A stretch of 63,706 nt of DNA, the filler included, from Choristocarpus tenellus KU-1152 (lineage: Eukaryota; Protista; Phaeophyceae): assembly GCA_964200185.2 (NCBI GenBank). It is 9 parts of 9 records of this genome, joined end to end, with 100 filler letters (N's around TTAATTAATTAA, not from the genome) between each part and the next. Parts side by side here need not be neighbours in the genome. Positions count along the whole stretch, not along the records: positions 49,872 to 63,706 come from CAXNAD020001353.1; 8 more parts are not named here. One strand, 5' to 3'. The position numbers and the translations under genes were made by a program. This document shows positions 52,750 through 63,390 of the stretch, in pieces. The notes beneath the pieces were generated by a model, which saw nothing but the letters and a program-made list of their open reading frames with translations, searched no databases and was not told the DNA's origin. The number at the start of each line of letters is the position of its first letter. The stretch's first letter is position 1.

Positions 52750-53465
52750 GACCTTACCTGCTGTTTTGGCATGACTTACTTGGAATGTCACTCTGCCATG
52801 AAGGTTGTGTAGGCAGACACACTCTACCACTTCTTCTGTTGGTTAATTGCCCTGATCCTCCAATCCTCCACTGACTGCAATTCCAATCTTCTCAATGAGC
52901 CAAAACAATTGTGAGAGGCAAGCAGGGTTGTATTTTAAGGATCCCGACAAAAGGCAGAAAGTTGCTGTTTTCCTCGATTGCTGAAAGATCCTTCGCTTCA
53001 TTGTGATCACACTTTGCGTGCGGAATGGGGGAGTATTAATTTTGCGTACAGTATTGTGCATGCTAACCAATGAAATAGGGTGTATTGCACAGGGTATGAA
53101 AGGTAGCTTGGAATGCACAAAGGTTCAAACTTGCCTTTCAGTCAATTGGTTTGGCTCAATGCCGTCTTGAAGGAATCCTCCACTGCCAGTTCTACTCATG
53201 TCTGTATTTCCTACGTTTTCACGCCACAAGCTTCGTAATCATCAATGCCACATTGAGAAGTTGCTCATCCTCCAAATAAGTGCAACTGGCCCCAGCACAT
53301 TGGAGTCTCCGTACACACTATCGAATATATTCAATATATTCGATATTTTGTGTTGGGGCGTGTCATGCGTTTCAACCTGGGGGCACCAGGTCAGTGAGGA
53401 AGAACGGGCCTCACAGATTATTGGGATTCTGCTCTGCTAGCTCCTTGATCACTTTCAGGCTAGCC
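52750..53465 (-). pseudogene. Decayed exons of an unknown gene
   Basis: AG/GT-bounded segments ASLKVIKELAEQNPNNL*GPFFLTDLVPP, DEQLLNVALMITKLVA* and KIGIAVSGGLEDQGN*PTEEVVECV with in-frame stops. Confidence 0.3.
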
Positions 53466-53853
53466 TAGGACGGCATGTAGCAGCAATGTGAACATGTGTT
53501 CATAATTGGAAACAATGTCACAGAGTCGATATTATAGTTAGTATCTTTCATGGTCTTGGAGTAGTTTTTTACATAGTGCATATTTTAAGATGTGTGTATG
53601 TTGGAGAGGAACACTTATAGTAACAGAAGTTCTTCCTTGGAGTTATAGTGCCTTGTCATATCCCTTCAGTGAAACTTAAATCTGCAAAAGTGAGAGATTT
53701 ATTAGGCTCACAGGTTGCAAGTTATTACTGTGCACTTTGAGCCAAAGTAATGGAGAGATAGGCAAGTTTGCACTTGAAGGGTTCCGAAAATGGCAAATAG
53801 ATGTCGTTTGGTACAGTTGCAGAAAAAGCCTCTGCTGAGTTCTGGTATCACTT

Positions 53854-54110
53854 GAGTGAAAGTATCTTAGAGGGTACGCGCTTTGCCCTTTTTGCCCATT
53901 TGGGGCTTGGCTTCCCACAGTTTTTTATGACATTTTCCAACTTGGAAATGTTTCGGAGTAGGTAAAATGTGTACGTCATGTAAAGGTGTGTCTGGAACAA
54001 GGATATTGACGCTTCCTAACAAAGACGATTGCCAAAATTACATCAAAATCGGAGCATTGGATTGTTGCCCCCAAACGTACTCGGCTCTACCCTCTAAGAT
54101 ACTTTGACTC
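53854..54110. mobile_element. MITE family A (Sola2-like)
   Basis: GAGTGAAAGTATCT...AGATACTTTGACTC; perfect ACTT TSD. Confidence 0.92.
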
Positions 54111-54434
54111 ACTTGATGGAAACGGGCAACATCAATTTTGACTACACCCAATTTTTTGCACAAATAGAAATTAATAGGGCGTATTGTATAGGATAAGAAA
54201 GATGGCTTAGGATGCAAAAGGGTCAACACCGGTCTAACTCTCAATTATTCTGGCTCTTTTCTCTTCAGTTTTTGCGTGTTTTTAGAGTTAGGGTTAAATT
54301 TAGGATCAGGGTAATAATATATTGTATAGCAACTATGTGTGGGGTTGGTAAACTTGTTATTCACGACTGAAGATAGCAAGTGCTACGACTTCTAAGCAAC
54401 TTGTCCGGACTGAGACGAATGCCCCCTCACAAAC

Positions 54435-54463
54435 CACCTCCCCCCCCCCAGATACTTTGACCC
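54435..54463. mobile_element. MITE family B terminal fragment
   Basis: (C)nAGATACTTTGACCC. Confidence 0.65.
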
Positions 54464-54499
54464 AGTCACCGTCCTCTTATGATGTAATTTGAACTAAAA

Positions 54500-56200
54500 T
54501 GCCTCTAAGACTTACGCTTGGCGCTTGAGTGGGTGTAGACTATGTTATTATGGCTCAGGGAACTTGCCGTTGTGTTCAAAGTTTGGAGCTGGCATGGTTG
54601 CTGCCGCTTGGTTTGGGTGTGGAAGAGAGGTAATCTGTTGTGGAAATCTCGACTTGTGCTGAAGATGGTGGTATGGAGTACGAGATGCTTGTGGGTCAAC
54701 ATATTTCTAGTAAGGTTTCTGTCGATTGCTCTGTGGTCCGATCAACGCAAAGAGGGGAGGAAAAAGGATTGGGGCATGGCAGTAAGTACTAGAGGATGGT
54801 GGCAGAACGCACTAATGGAGATGAAATCTAGGTTGCCACCGGGCCAAGTCCGTTGATTTAGAGAATTTCCGATCTCTCCATCATAACATGCCTGTCGGGG
54901 CATGTGTCGGAGTGGCAAAGTAGAGGGTGACTCACGAACAGGAATTGGCCTATGTTGCTCCTCAAAGTCGTGTCTCTCGTCAGTATGGTGGCAGTGTAGG
55001 ACTTGTCCAGAACCAGGCCCGTGTAGGAGTGTCTTGGTCAATACTGTAGTGTTGGACAAGGAGCTGGATATTTTGCAAGTCGCCATTCTCCCATTTGACC
55101 TCGTAGGGGTAGCTGACTCGCTCCTCTCTAACGTTCACCGTGTAGTGGGGCTGGTACTTGGTCACAGTCCCTTGTATCCACTGATCGTCCCATTTGAAGT
55201 ATATTCCCCTGCCCTTGGCTCTGTCTTTGAGTGTTTCTCCCTCATCTAAATCTGGCACATAACTCAGTGTCGGTTCAAGGAGTATATATTTCTATGTATC
55301 CTTCTCCATGTCCCTACACTTCATAGTGGTCAACAATCGATCGACGGCATTGTCTGACACGCCGAGCTGCAGCCTCATCACTGTCCCTCTTTTTCTTCTC
55401 TCTCAAAGTTGGTTGACACACTCCTCGATCTCGTCCTCTGTCATGTACGACCCCAGTTGAGGGGGCAAAGATTTTTCGCCATCGTCCGGGAGGTAGGACA
55501 CTGAGTAAATGTACGCCCCAGAACCGTCTACGTGAACATCGCTGACCTTTCCCTATATGATGCCCCCCCCCACTCGCGTGTAGGATGAAGCTGGTTCCAC
55601 GACCGAACCTGGCGTCGGATGTGTCCCCAAGTATGAGTTGCCTAGAGAAGCGAGCAGGTATCCCACCGAGGGATTGCCGGTTGGATTCCGAGGTGAACCT
55701 CGGATACTGACCAGGCAGGATCGTGAATGTGTTGTCCAGGTGGTTGTGGTCGATGACTGTGAAGTCTGGGATGATGATAGCCTGAAGGGGCACAACGTGG
55801 GGACCCGGTTGTGCGTCTTGTATCACCACAAATATGTTCGTTGCAGGGGCTATGTTGGTGTGTAGGGCTATTGGCATGTGTTTGCGCGTGATGGCCTTGT
55901 TTGGTTGTATAGGGGTGTTGTTTGTTTTGGTTTTAAGAAACGGATAGTTTTATGTATGATAGAGGATATACTTAGGCAGCGAAATGAATGAATGGGATAC
56001 GGTTATTTGCCCTACGTAACTTGTAAAATAATATGTGAAAGGTGTCAGTGGCGGTTGCAGATTAGGAGAACAAAATGACACTGGTTTGGATGTCAGGATT
56101 GGACGTAATGGGAGGAATTTATTTGGTTGGGTTAGAGGGATATAAGGGGATATGTGACATCTGTACATGGACCGCGTGGGTTCATTCGTGTGGGGCATTG
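54500..56200 (-). mobile_element. Decayed intron-less mobile-element ORF containing two Tudor-like modules (copy 2)
   Basis: GKVSDVHVDGSGAYIYSVSYLPDDGE and IYFKWDDQWIQGTVTKY...YPYEVKWENGDLQ; downstream NGKFP segment also seen at ~11330. Confidence 0.5.
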
Positions 56201-57374
56201 TTCTCTTAGAAGCAATAAGAAGCGTTTCTCACCTTGTCCGTCCGTGACATGTGAATAGTTGGCACTCCATCAACAAAGCTAGCACTCAGCACCTCAAATT
56301 CTTCAGTGACAAAGACGTTGAGTGACAGACAGAAGGGGTTGAAACGTCGATGTCACCCCGTCATCACCTATTTCAACCATCAGGAGCGATGCCGACGAGG
56401 ATGGATTGGTATACCTGGCGGGTGTGATCGGTGCTAAGATATTTCTTACACATTCTAGGAATGTCTTGACATGGAGATCAGGTGTGGACTCGCATGGTTC
56501 CCGAGCCAGCACAACACGCAACGCGCTCACCAATGGTGCCAATCTGCTTTTCTCGTCCAACAACCAAGAGGTAAGGTCGTTCCAAGCGCGGCCGCTTCCT
56601 TCCATATCTTCTGGACCATCGTGGTTGACAAATATGGAGAGGAAGAGATTCATGATCTGGTCCGTTTTGGATTTCTTCTACCAATGAACGGCACTGGTCT
56701 CGGGCAGTCTCTTTAGTCCCCATTCCCTGAGTGGGATTCTAATGAGGTTACGGTATGAGTTGGTGGGTTTGTTTCCCTTTGACATTAGTGATCAATCTTG
56801 ATGATGCGAACATGGATAATACTGCCACTTTGTTCGGGCGAAGGGGCTTGCACAATTTTTGGTCACGAGTGTTCCACGGAGTACAGCCGTGTTGGATGAC
56901 ACCCCACGTTGAAAGCATAGAGAAGGGTGTGTTGGATATATCGAGAATCGAAACCACCCTGATTAGAATATCCTGAAAAGGTGTGCATCACGTATGCGGT
57001 CACTCGCGAGCCACATCAAAAAGGTTATGAATACATACCATGAAGCATGTAGAACGAAGTGAATTGAGGTAGTTTATCGAACGGTAGAGTGTGTGTTTTG
57101 ATCTGATTTTTTGGGGAAACAGTTGACAAATGCTTAGTGAGTGTCGCCCCAGATAATATTGGTGTATGTATGTACTGCAATTGACGTGTTCTGTCAAACA
57201 GTAAACTATTGTGTTGGATGGGTTTTGTGGTGGAAGGAATACTGAACGTTTCATGTATTATCCGGTCAATACATATCCCCAGATGCACACACCATTGTAT
57301 GTACCTCTTTCTCTACAAGGGATATGAGATTGCGATTGAGTTTTGTGGAAAGGCAAGGACGATGGATTGGAGGC

Positions 57375-57547
57375 GTGTGGCTTCAAAGAAGTCGGTATGT
57401 GGACAGCCGCAACTTTTGCCATACTTCGTCGTACGGTAAAGTATGGCAAAAATGACATCATGTGTGTCGCTTGAAATAAGTTGGTATGTAGACCGCCACA
57501 ACTTTTGCCATACTTTACCGTACGACAAAGTATGGCAAAAATGACAT
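57375..57547. repeat. 89-bp direct repeat x2, each unit containing a 38-bp inverted repeat
   Basis: TTTTGCCATACTT-N12-AAGTATGGCAAAA at 57414-57451 and 57503-57540. Confidence 0.9.
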
Positions 57548-57625
57548 TAGGTGAGCGCATGAAGGAAGAGCAAAACATGACTTGGCATAATTTTATTATT
57601 GTGTAAGGGTGAGGGGGGCGGTGTG

Positions 57626-57672
57626 AGGGTTGGGGCATAGGGTTAGGGTTGGGACAGGTGCTAGGGTTAGGA
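57626..57672 (+). repeat. Degenerate interstitial (TTAGGG)n-like tract
   Basis: GAGGGTTGGGGCATAGGGTTAGGGTTGGG...TAGGGTTAGG. Confidence 0.6.
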
Positions 57673-58535
57673 TCGGAAACAGAAACTGGAAGGACCATCG
57701 TTTACTTCCGATACATATCAGAACGTGGATATCGGAGGACACGAATTTCGTCGTTAGGTTTTATTCTGCTCTTGATGGGAGGACGTGTGCATCACCGGTT
57801 CGGAGCTACGATGGAACTGGTGAACACCACAACTCTCTGATTTCAATGCAAATGTGTGATTTCGGAAGGATATGGTGACCATATGCTTCCCTGTACAAGT
57901 GCTAATCCCTCTTTCAGGTAATTACAGAACGCACAGGCTACATTGGAGTGTATCTAGCTGCGACAGAGGCCAGGCCTTACCTTTGGAATGTCCTGGGGTC
58001 TACCCCTCCGGAGTCCACGAGTTCATTCCTGTTGTTAGCCAGATCCCCTAGTGGCTGACGGGTCGTCATTGTACATCTGCGGTGCAATGGGTGTGGTCCT
58101 CTCGAAGAACTGCGACAACGATTCCTCTATATTGTCCAGGCACGTTGGTTTGTTGTCGAGAGAGTGAGGGAGTGTGGGGTTAGTCGCATATGTGGTTTGG
58201 CGAAAGTTTTTTTGTTATGCACTATAATATGATTCAACAAAACTGCAAATATATGAAAAAAAAGATGCAGATTCAAAGTTTTGACCCTCTCACACTAATG
58301 AGGAAATAGCGGATGGGGAATTACATATATATATACATTTTTTTGTCTCTATATGTTCTAGTTCAACGCCGTCGTAGACATACATATAGAAATCTCAATA
58401 CAACTGTGAAGAGAGCAAAATTCCCCTTACTATATCTCCTTTTTTTATTCCCGAGGAAAAGGAACACCCCAACTAGCCTGTTCATAACCACAATATATAT
58501 ACTACTATTTAAAACGGGTATATTCGGTAAAGGTG

Positions 58536-58834
58536 ATGAGATTATTGTGTTGAATTGAGTCCATGTGATGTAACTAATGAGATAGTACATCCGGATTATA
58601 TATGGGATTATGTATGGGTATTTATTCCGCATTCAACTAATTTGATTTAATTATTGACTTCTGTAGGAAGCACAAATAATAATAAACAAGCAATGAGAAG
58701 ACACCCCACAAAGGTCACTCTTCTAATTCCATCCATTCTCTTCACATTCAGCAAAGGGGGTCGTGTGAGGCTTCACACCTTCTTGTCTTCACTACTACTG
58801 ATAAATAGCATTACATCCCAAGATAAATTGCACA
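58536..58834 (+). repeat. 5' LTR (first ~45 bp missing)
   Basis: Colinear with 62108-62408; ends ...AAATTGCACA. Confidence 0.9.
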
Positions 58835-58845
58835 GGTTATGAGCC
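58835..58845 (+). promoter_or_regulatory. Primer binding site GGTTATGAGCC
   Basis: Immediately after the 5' LTR; matches the copia-type GGTTATGGGCCC PBS (internal initiator-Met tRNA fragment priming). Confidence 0.8.
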
Positions 58846-60214
58846 TTGGTAGTATGGAGACTGACCTGAAGAAACTTGCTGTCTGGTCGGGGGCTAAAGG
58901 AAGGTCATTGGAGACCTGGTGAACTTGGAGACTGTCATTGATCACCTACGCTGGTGGAAAGGGTTTGTACGAGATTACGACGAGGGACTACGAGATTCCT
59001 GAAACACTCACCACCATCTCGGGAGAGGCAGTGCGTACGGCACATGCCACACACACGAAGAATAACAAGGCGTTATGGTTCCTCTTTCTACAAACGACGA
59101 AGGGGTTCGCATCGACAATTGTGGTGAAGTACAAAAATGGGGGTCAACCAGACGGCAGAGGGGCATGGTTAGAATTAGAACAGAGTCTACCATGGACGCG
59201 CAAAGGACGAGATCCCCATACAAGTCATCACGTAGGAGGTGAACCTCCGAGAATTACGGTGCGCAGCGTCTCAGGACAGCACCTATTTTGTTCTTAAACT
59301 CGAACGACGACTATTTTCGGAATTGGAGGGGCTCAAGGAGCCCAAATCTGAAAACATGAAGAGGGCATCTATACTGTTTTGGATCAAGGAAGCGATGCCT
59401 TATGTGTTCGCGCAATTAATAATGCGCCTGAACATCAGCTATGAGCTTAAACGGGCAGTCATCTCGTCGACAACTTACCTTCACTCGGGTCAAGATGGGC
59501 ATGATAGGGTATTGGCAATGCATGGCAATGTAAAGAACGGCCATGCTCAGAGGGGATCAGCTGGAAGCGACCCCAAACCAAACTAATGTGCATACTGCTT
59601 GAAGATGAACCATCAATGGCGGAAGTGTCTTTCATATTTGAATGGAGAGCCACCTGCAACACATCCGCCTGGGATGGCACCTGGAACATTTCCTCCACCT
59701 CCAACTTGTGGGAGCAGCAACAAAGTCGATGGAAACCAAACGCGCTCCTTCTCCACTTTCAAGGTGACAGCAGACGAAGAGGTTAACAAATCCTCCAGTG
59801 GAAGACAAGTCGAGATATTGTGTGACTCTGGAGCAAACGTACCTCTTACACCTGATCGTGAAGATCTCATAAGCACTCGGGGCACCAAACGCACATGCAC
59901 CTTCGGAAACAATGGGAAATTGAAAGCCAAGGAAACCGGGGACATGGTTCCAATGGTGAATGGCAAGGACGGCAAACCAACAAAAGTGGTTTTGAAGGAT
60001 GTTCTATGGGTCCCAGGTCTACCATGCCGCATATTGAGTACTGGAAGTATACGACAAAATGGAGGAGGATTTATGGATTCAGGAACAAAAGAAAGTTATC
60101 TGAGGGCCTCCAAGAATTCGCCCAATATAAACCTAACAAAGTCGGGGGGGTTCTTAAATTTAGCTGGAACCATAATCACCATGGAACCATAATCACCATG
60201 GAACCAGAATCACC

Positions 60215-61087
60215 ATGGAACCAGAATCGAGAGCCAGTGCTGCACGAGTCAACCAAACGCAGAGGCTGACATTGAGGGACTGGCACAACATATTGGGACA
60301 CATCAACCCATCAGCAGTAAAGCATCTCGAGAAACGTGGACTTTTAGAGATCACCGATGCTACTGTGGCGTCAGAACTGCAATGCGAGACCTGCAAGGAA
60401 TGCAAGTCCGAGGCCCTAAGCTATGAACGGGGTGGCAGGACCCCCAAGCAGCCTGGCGAGGTTGTCCACACAGATTTGGTGGAACCTTTTAAAGCAGACA
60501 TCACTGGTCACCAATATTTCCAGTTGTTTGTTGACGAGAGCAGCCGAGACAAGAGGGTGTATGGATTGAAAATAAAGAACACAGTGACTGACGCAACTGC
60601 TGCCTATATCGACCAGATGGCCAGGGAAGGTATACCAGTCAAATGCATCAGTGGGGATGGTGCTAGCGAGCTTCGGAGATCAGTGAAGTTCCAAAGGATA
60701 CTGGCGAACAACGGTACCCGATGGAGGAAATCTCCACCAAGAACACTACAGAGCAACGGGGTTGCCGAAAGGGCGATAAAGCAACTCATGGGGACAGCAA
60801 GGAGTCAACTTGTAAAGGCTGGACTGGGCGATGAGTACTGGTTCTTTGCCATCACGGACGTCGCCTTGAAGACTGGAGGCATGCCACACAAATACCTCAG
60901 AGGAGAGACGCCATGTGAGCGTCTAACAGGTAAATCCTTCACCTACAATAGGCTTTGGGCCTGGGGGAGAAAATGTTATGTTCACCAGGACAAGCAGCAG
61001 AGGGGAGCCAGTTCAAAGTTTTACCCATACGCCAAGCGAGGTATAATCACGGGGCATGACCGTACATCACTGTGTTGGTACATCTGA
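60215..61087 (+). CDS. pol: Copia GAG-pre-integrase plus integrase core ORF segment
   Basis: HHCC (WHNILGH...CETC) and D,D,E motifs intact over 290 aa. Confidence 0.9.
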   Translation: MEPESRASAARVNQTQRLTLRDWHNILGHINPSAVKHLEKRGLLEITDATVASELQCETCKECKSEALSYERGGRTPKQPGEVVHTDLVEPFKADITGHQYFQLFVDESSRDKRVYGLKIKNTVTDATAAYIDQMAREGIPVKCISGDGASELRRSVKFQRILANNGTRWRKSPPRTLQSNGVAERAIKQLMGTARSQLVKAGLGDEYWFFAITDVALKTGGMPHKYLRGETPCERLTGKSFTYNRLWAWGRKCYVHQDKQQRGASSKFYPYAKRGIITGHDRTSLCWYI

Positions 61088-62107
61088 CTTCCTCAAGAGA
61101 CCAAGTTGGTAACCTCAGCCCACGTGACGTTCAAGCCGGACAAACACATCATGGACTTCGTGGGGGACAGAGAGAGGGGGAGAGAGAGATCATGGCTTTG
61201 ACGGATGAAGAGATTTCTGACACTGAAGACGACTCTGATCGGGATTTCGATATTGCAGTCGATCCGATACCACAAGCAACAGCCGCGAGCAAGAACTCGA
61301 CAAGATCACCAAGTGGACAACGGAGGTCAGTCAGGATAGATGAACAACCCAGGGTGGACTACAGGGGTTTACACTCCGGAGATACAGAAGAACTCTGGGA
61401 GAGAATATAGTGAATCTGCTCAGAACAAGCACGGATGATGCATACTGTTTGATGGGCATGGCAGGTGACATCTCGATAGGCCACCAGCAGCCATCAACCA
61501 TCGCAGAAGCCCTCGCAAGGCCTGATGCAGAACACTGGAAAGAGGCAATGGAGCAAGAAATGGAGGGCCAACGAAGCAAAGGGACCTTCCATGAGGGAGA
61601 GAGTCTGCCACCAGGGAGGAGACCTGTCAAAACAAGATTCATATTTAAAATCAAAAGGACAGCCTATGGAGACATCAAAATAGTTAAGGCCAGGCTGGTG
61701 GCTCGGGGTCTTTCCCAACAAGAAGGGGTGGACTACTTCAGCACATTCAGTCCAGTGGTGGAATTTGATGTGATTAGGGCAGTCCTGGCTACAGCAGCTA
61801 AACAGAAACTGAAGGCTTCAATGGACGGACAAGGCATGTAGATATTAAACTAACATGCCCCAGGGAGTATGTTAGCAAAGGATTTTTTTAAGTAAAATGT
61901 ATTCCCACGGCACTCCAACTTGCAGACGTATTGACCAAAAGATTACGTAAGAAGCAGGTAGAAGACTTTGTAGACACTGTGTTGACTAGATACATGTCGC
62001 GTGTTAAAGTTGAAGTAATCTGCGTTCTTTTACTGGATTGACAGAATAAAACGTTTTATGTTTGAGAGTTCCAGCAACTCTTCATTGCCTGCACTCTCAT
62101 GGGGGAG

Positions 62108-62408
62108 TGTGCAAATAGGTCAATGGTGAGGTGTACCTTATTTTGTACGTATGAGATTATTGTGTTGAATTGAGTCCATGTNNNNNNNNNNGTATTTATT
62201 CCGCATTCAACTACTTTGACATAACCGTTGACTTAGGTAGGAAGCACAAATAATAATAAACAAGCAGTGAGAAGACACCCCACAAAGGTCACTCTTCTAA
62301 TTCCATTCATTCTTTTCACTTTCAGCAAAGGGGATCGTGTGAGGCTTCACACCTTCTTGTCTTCACTACTACTGATAAATAGCGTTACTTCCCAAGGTAA
62401 ATTGCACA
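62108..62408 (+). repeat. 3' LTR preceded by polypurine tract GGGGGAG (62101-62107)
   Basis: TGTGCAAAT...AATTGCACA inverted termini; 10-N gap inside. Confidence 0.9.
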
Positions 62409-62413
62409 CAACA

Positions 62414-63280
62414 AGCAGCTGTCAGCAGTGGTAACACCAACATTTTCAAACTCAATGCCCCGTATTTGTTATCTTTACAACCGTGTACACACCAGCTGTC
62501 AACGTTGGTGTCAACAGCGTTTTCAAATTCGATGCCCTGTACTTGTTACCTTGATAACCGTGCTCACACCAGCTGTCAATGGTGGTGTCAACAACGTTTT
62601 CACATTCGATGCTCTGTACTTGTTACCTTACAACCGTGTACGCACCAGCTGTCAATGGTGGTAACACCAACATTTTCAAATTCGATGCCCTGTATTTATT
62701 ACCGTTAGAAACGTGTATACACCAGCTGTCAATGGTGGTAATACCGACATTTTCAAATTCGATGCCCTGTATTTGTTACCTTTACAACCGTGTACCCACC
62801 AGCTGTCAATGGTGGTGTCACCAACATTTTCAAATTCGATACCCTGTATTTATTACCGTTAGAAACGTGTATACACCAGCTGTCAATGGTGGCAATACCG
62901 ACATTTTCAAATTCGATGCCCTGTATTTGTTACCTTTACAACCGTGTACACACCAGCTGTCAATAGTGGTGTCACCAACGTTTTCACATTCGATGATCTG
63001 TATTTATTACCTTAACAACCGTGTACACACCAGCTGTCAATGGTGGTGTCACCAACAATTTAGCATTCTATGCCCTGTATTTATTACATTTGGGTTAGTG
63101 TGCACAACAGCTGTCAATGGTGGTAACACCAACATTTTTAAGTTTGACACCCTGTATTTGTTACCTTTACAACCGTGTATACACCAGCTGTCAACGGTGG
63201 TGTCACCAACGTTTTCAAATTCAAAGCCCTGTATCTGTTACCTTTACTACCGTGTACACACCAGCTGTCGATAGTGGTAT
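62414..63280. repeat. 77-bp tandem satellite, 11 full units
   Basis: CAGCTGTC recurs at 62416, 62493, 62570, 62646, 62723, 62800, 62877, 62954, 63031, 63108, 63185 and 63262. Confidence 0.95.
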
Positions 63281-63390
63281 CATCAAAATCACGACCGTCG
63301 CATCTATATTGTATTTGATCGAAACCGTTCATAAACCGTATTCTGCCACCCCAGTCTCTGACAATGTAACCCCTGAAGTCAATGATACCT

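Larger units (their letters stand above)
58536..62408 (+). mobile_element. Ty1/copia LTR retrotransposon, non-autonomous (RT/RNaseH largely deleted)
   Basis: Paired LTRs, PBS and PPT; gag with CAYCLKMNHQWRKC knuckle, protease ILCDSGA, WHNILGH pre-integrase, DDE core (VHTDL, GDGASE, SNGVAER), RT start KARLVARG..Q.EGVDY, RNaseH tail QLADVLTK; order PR-IN-RT-RH. Confidence 0.95.

Noticed and set aside
8245-53413. UGA recoded as Trp or Sec
   Set aside because: Similar segments also contain TAA stops and frameshifts, long ORFs use TGG freely and end in TGA; pseudogenisation is simpler
58490-58535. Helitron-like 5' end (TATACTACTATTTAAAA)
   Set aside because: An AT-rich match only, with no TC start or matching hairpin-CTRR 3' end
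62579-63274. 231-aa Cys-rich repeat protein
   Set aside because: The unit length of 77 is not a multiple of 3, so the peptide cycles through frames; it is a by-product of a stop-poor satellite
62414-63280. CRISPR array
   Set aside because: Whole units are homologous with no unique spacers, there are no cas genes and the context is eukaryotic
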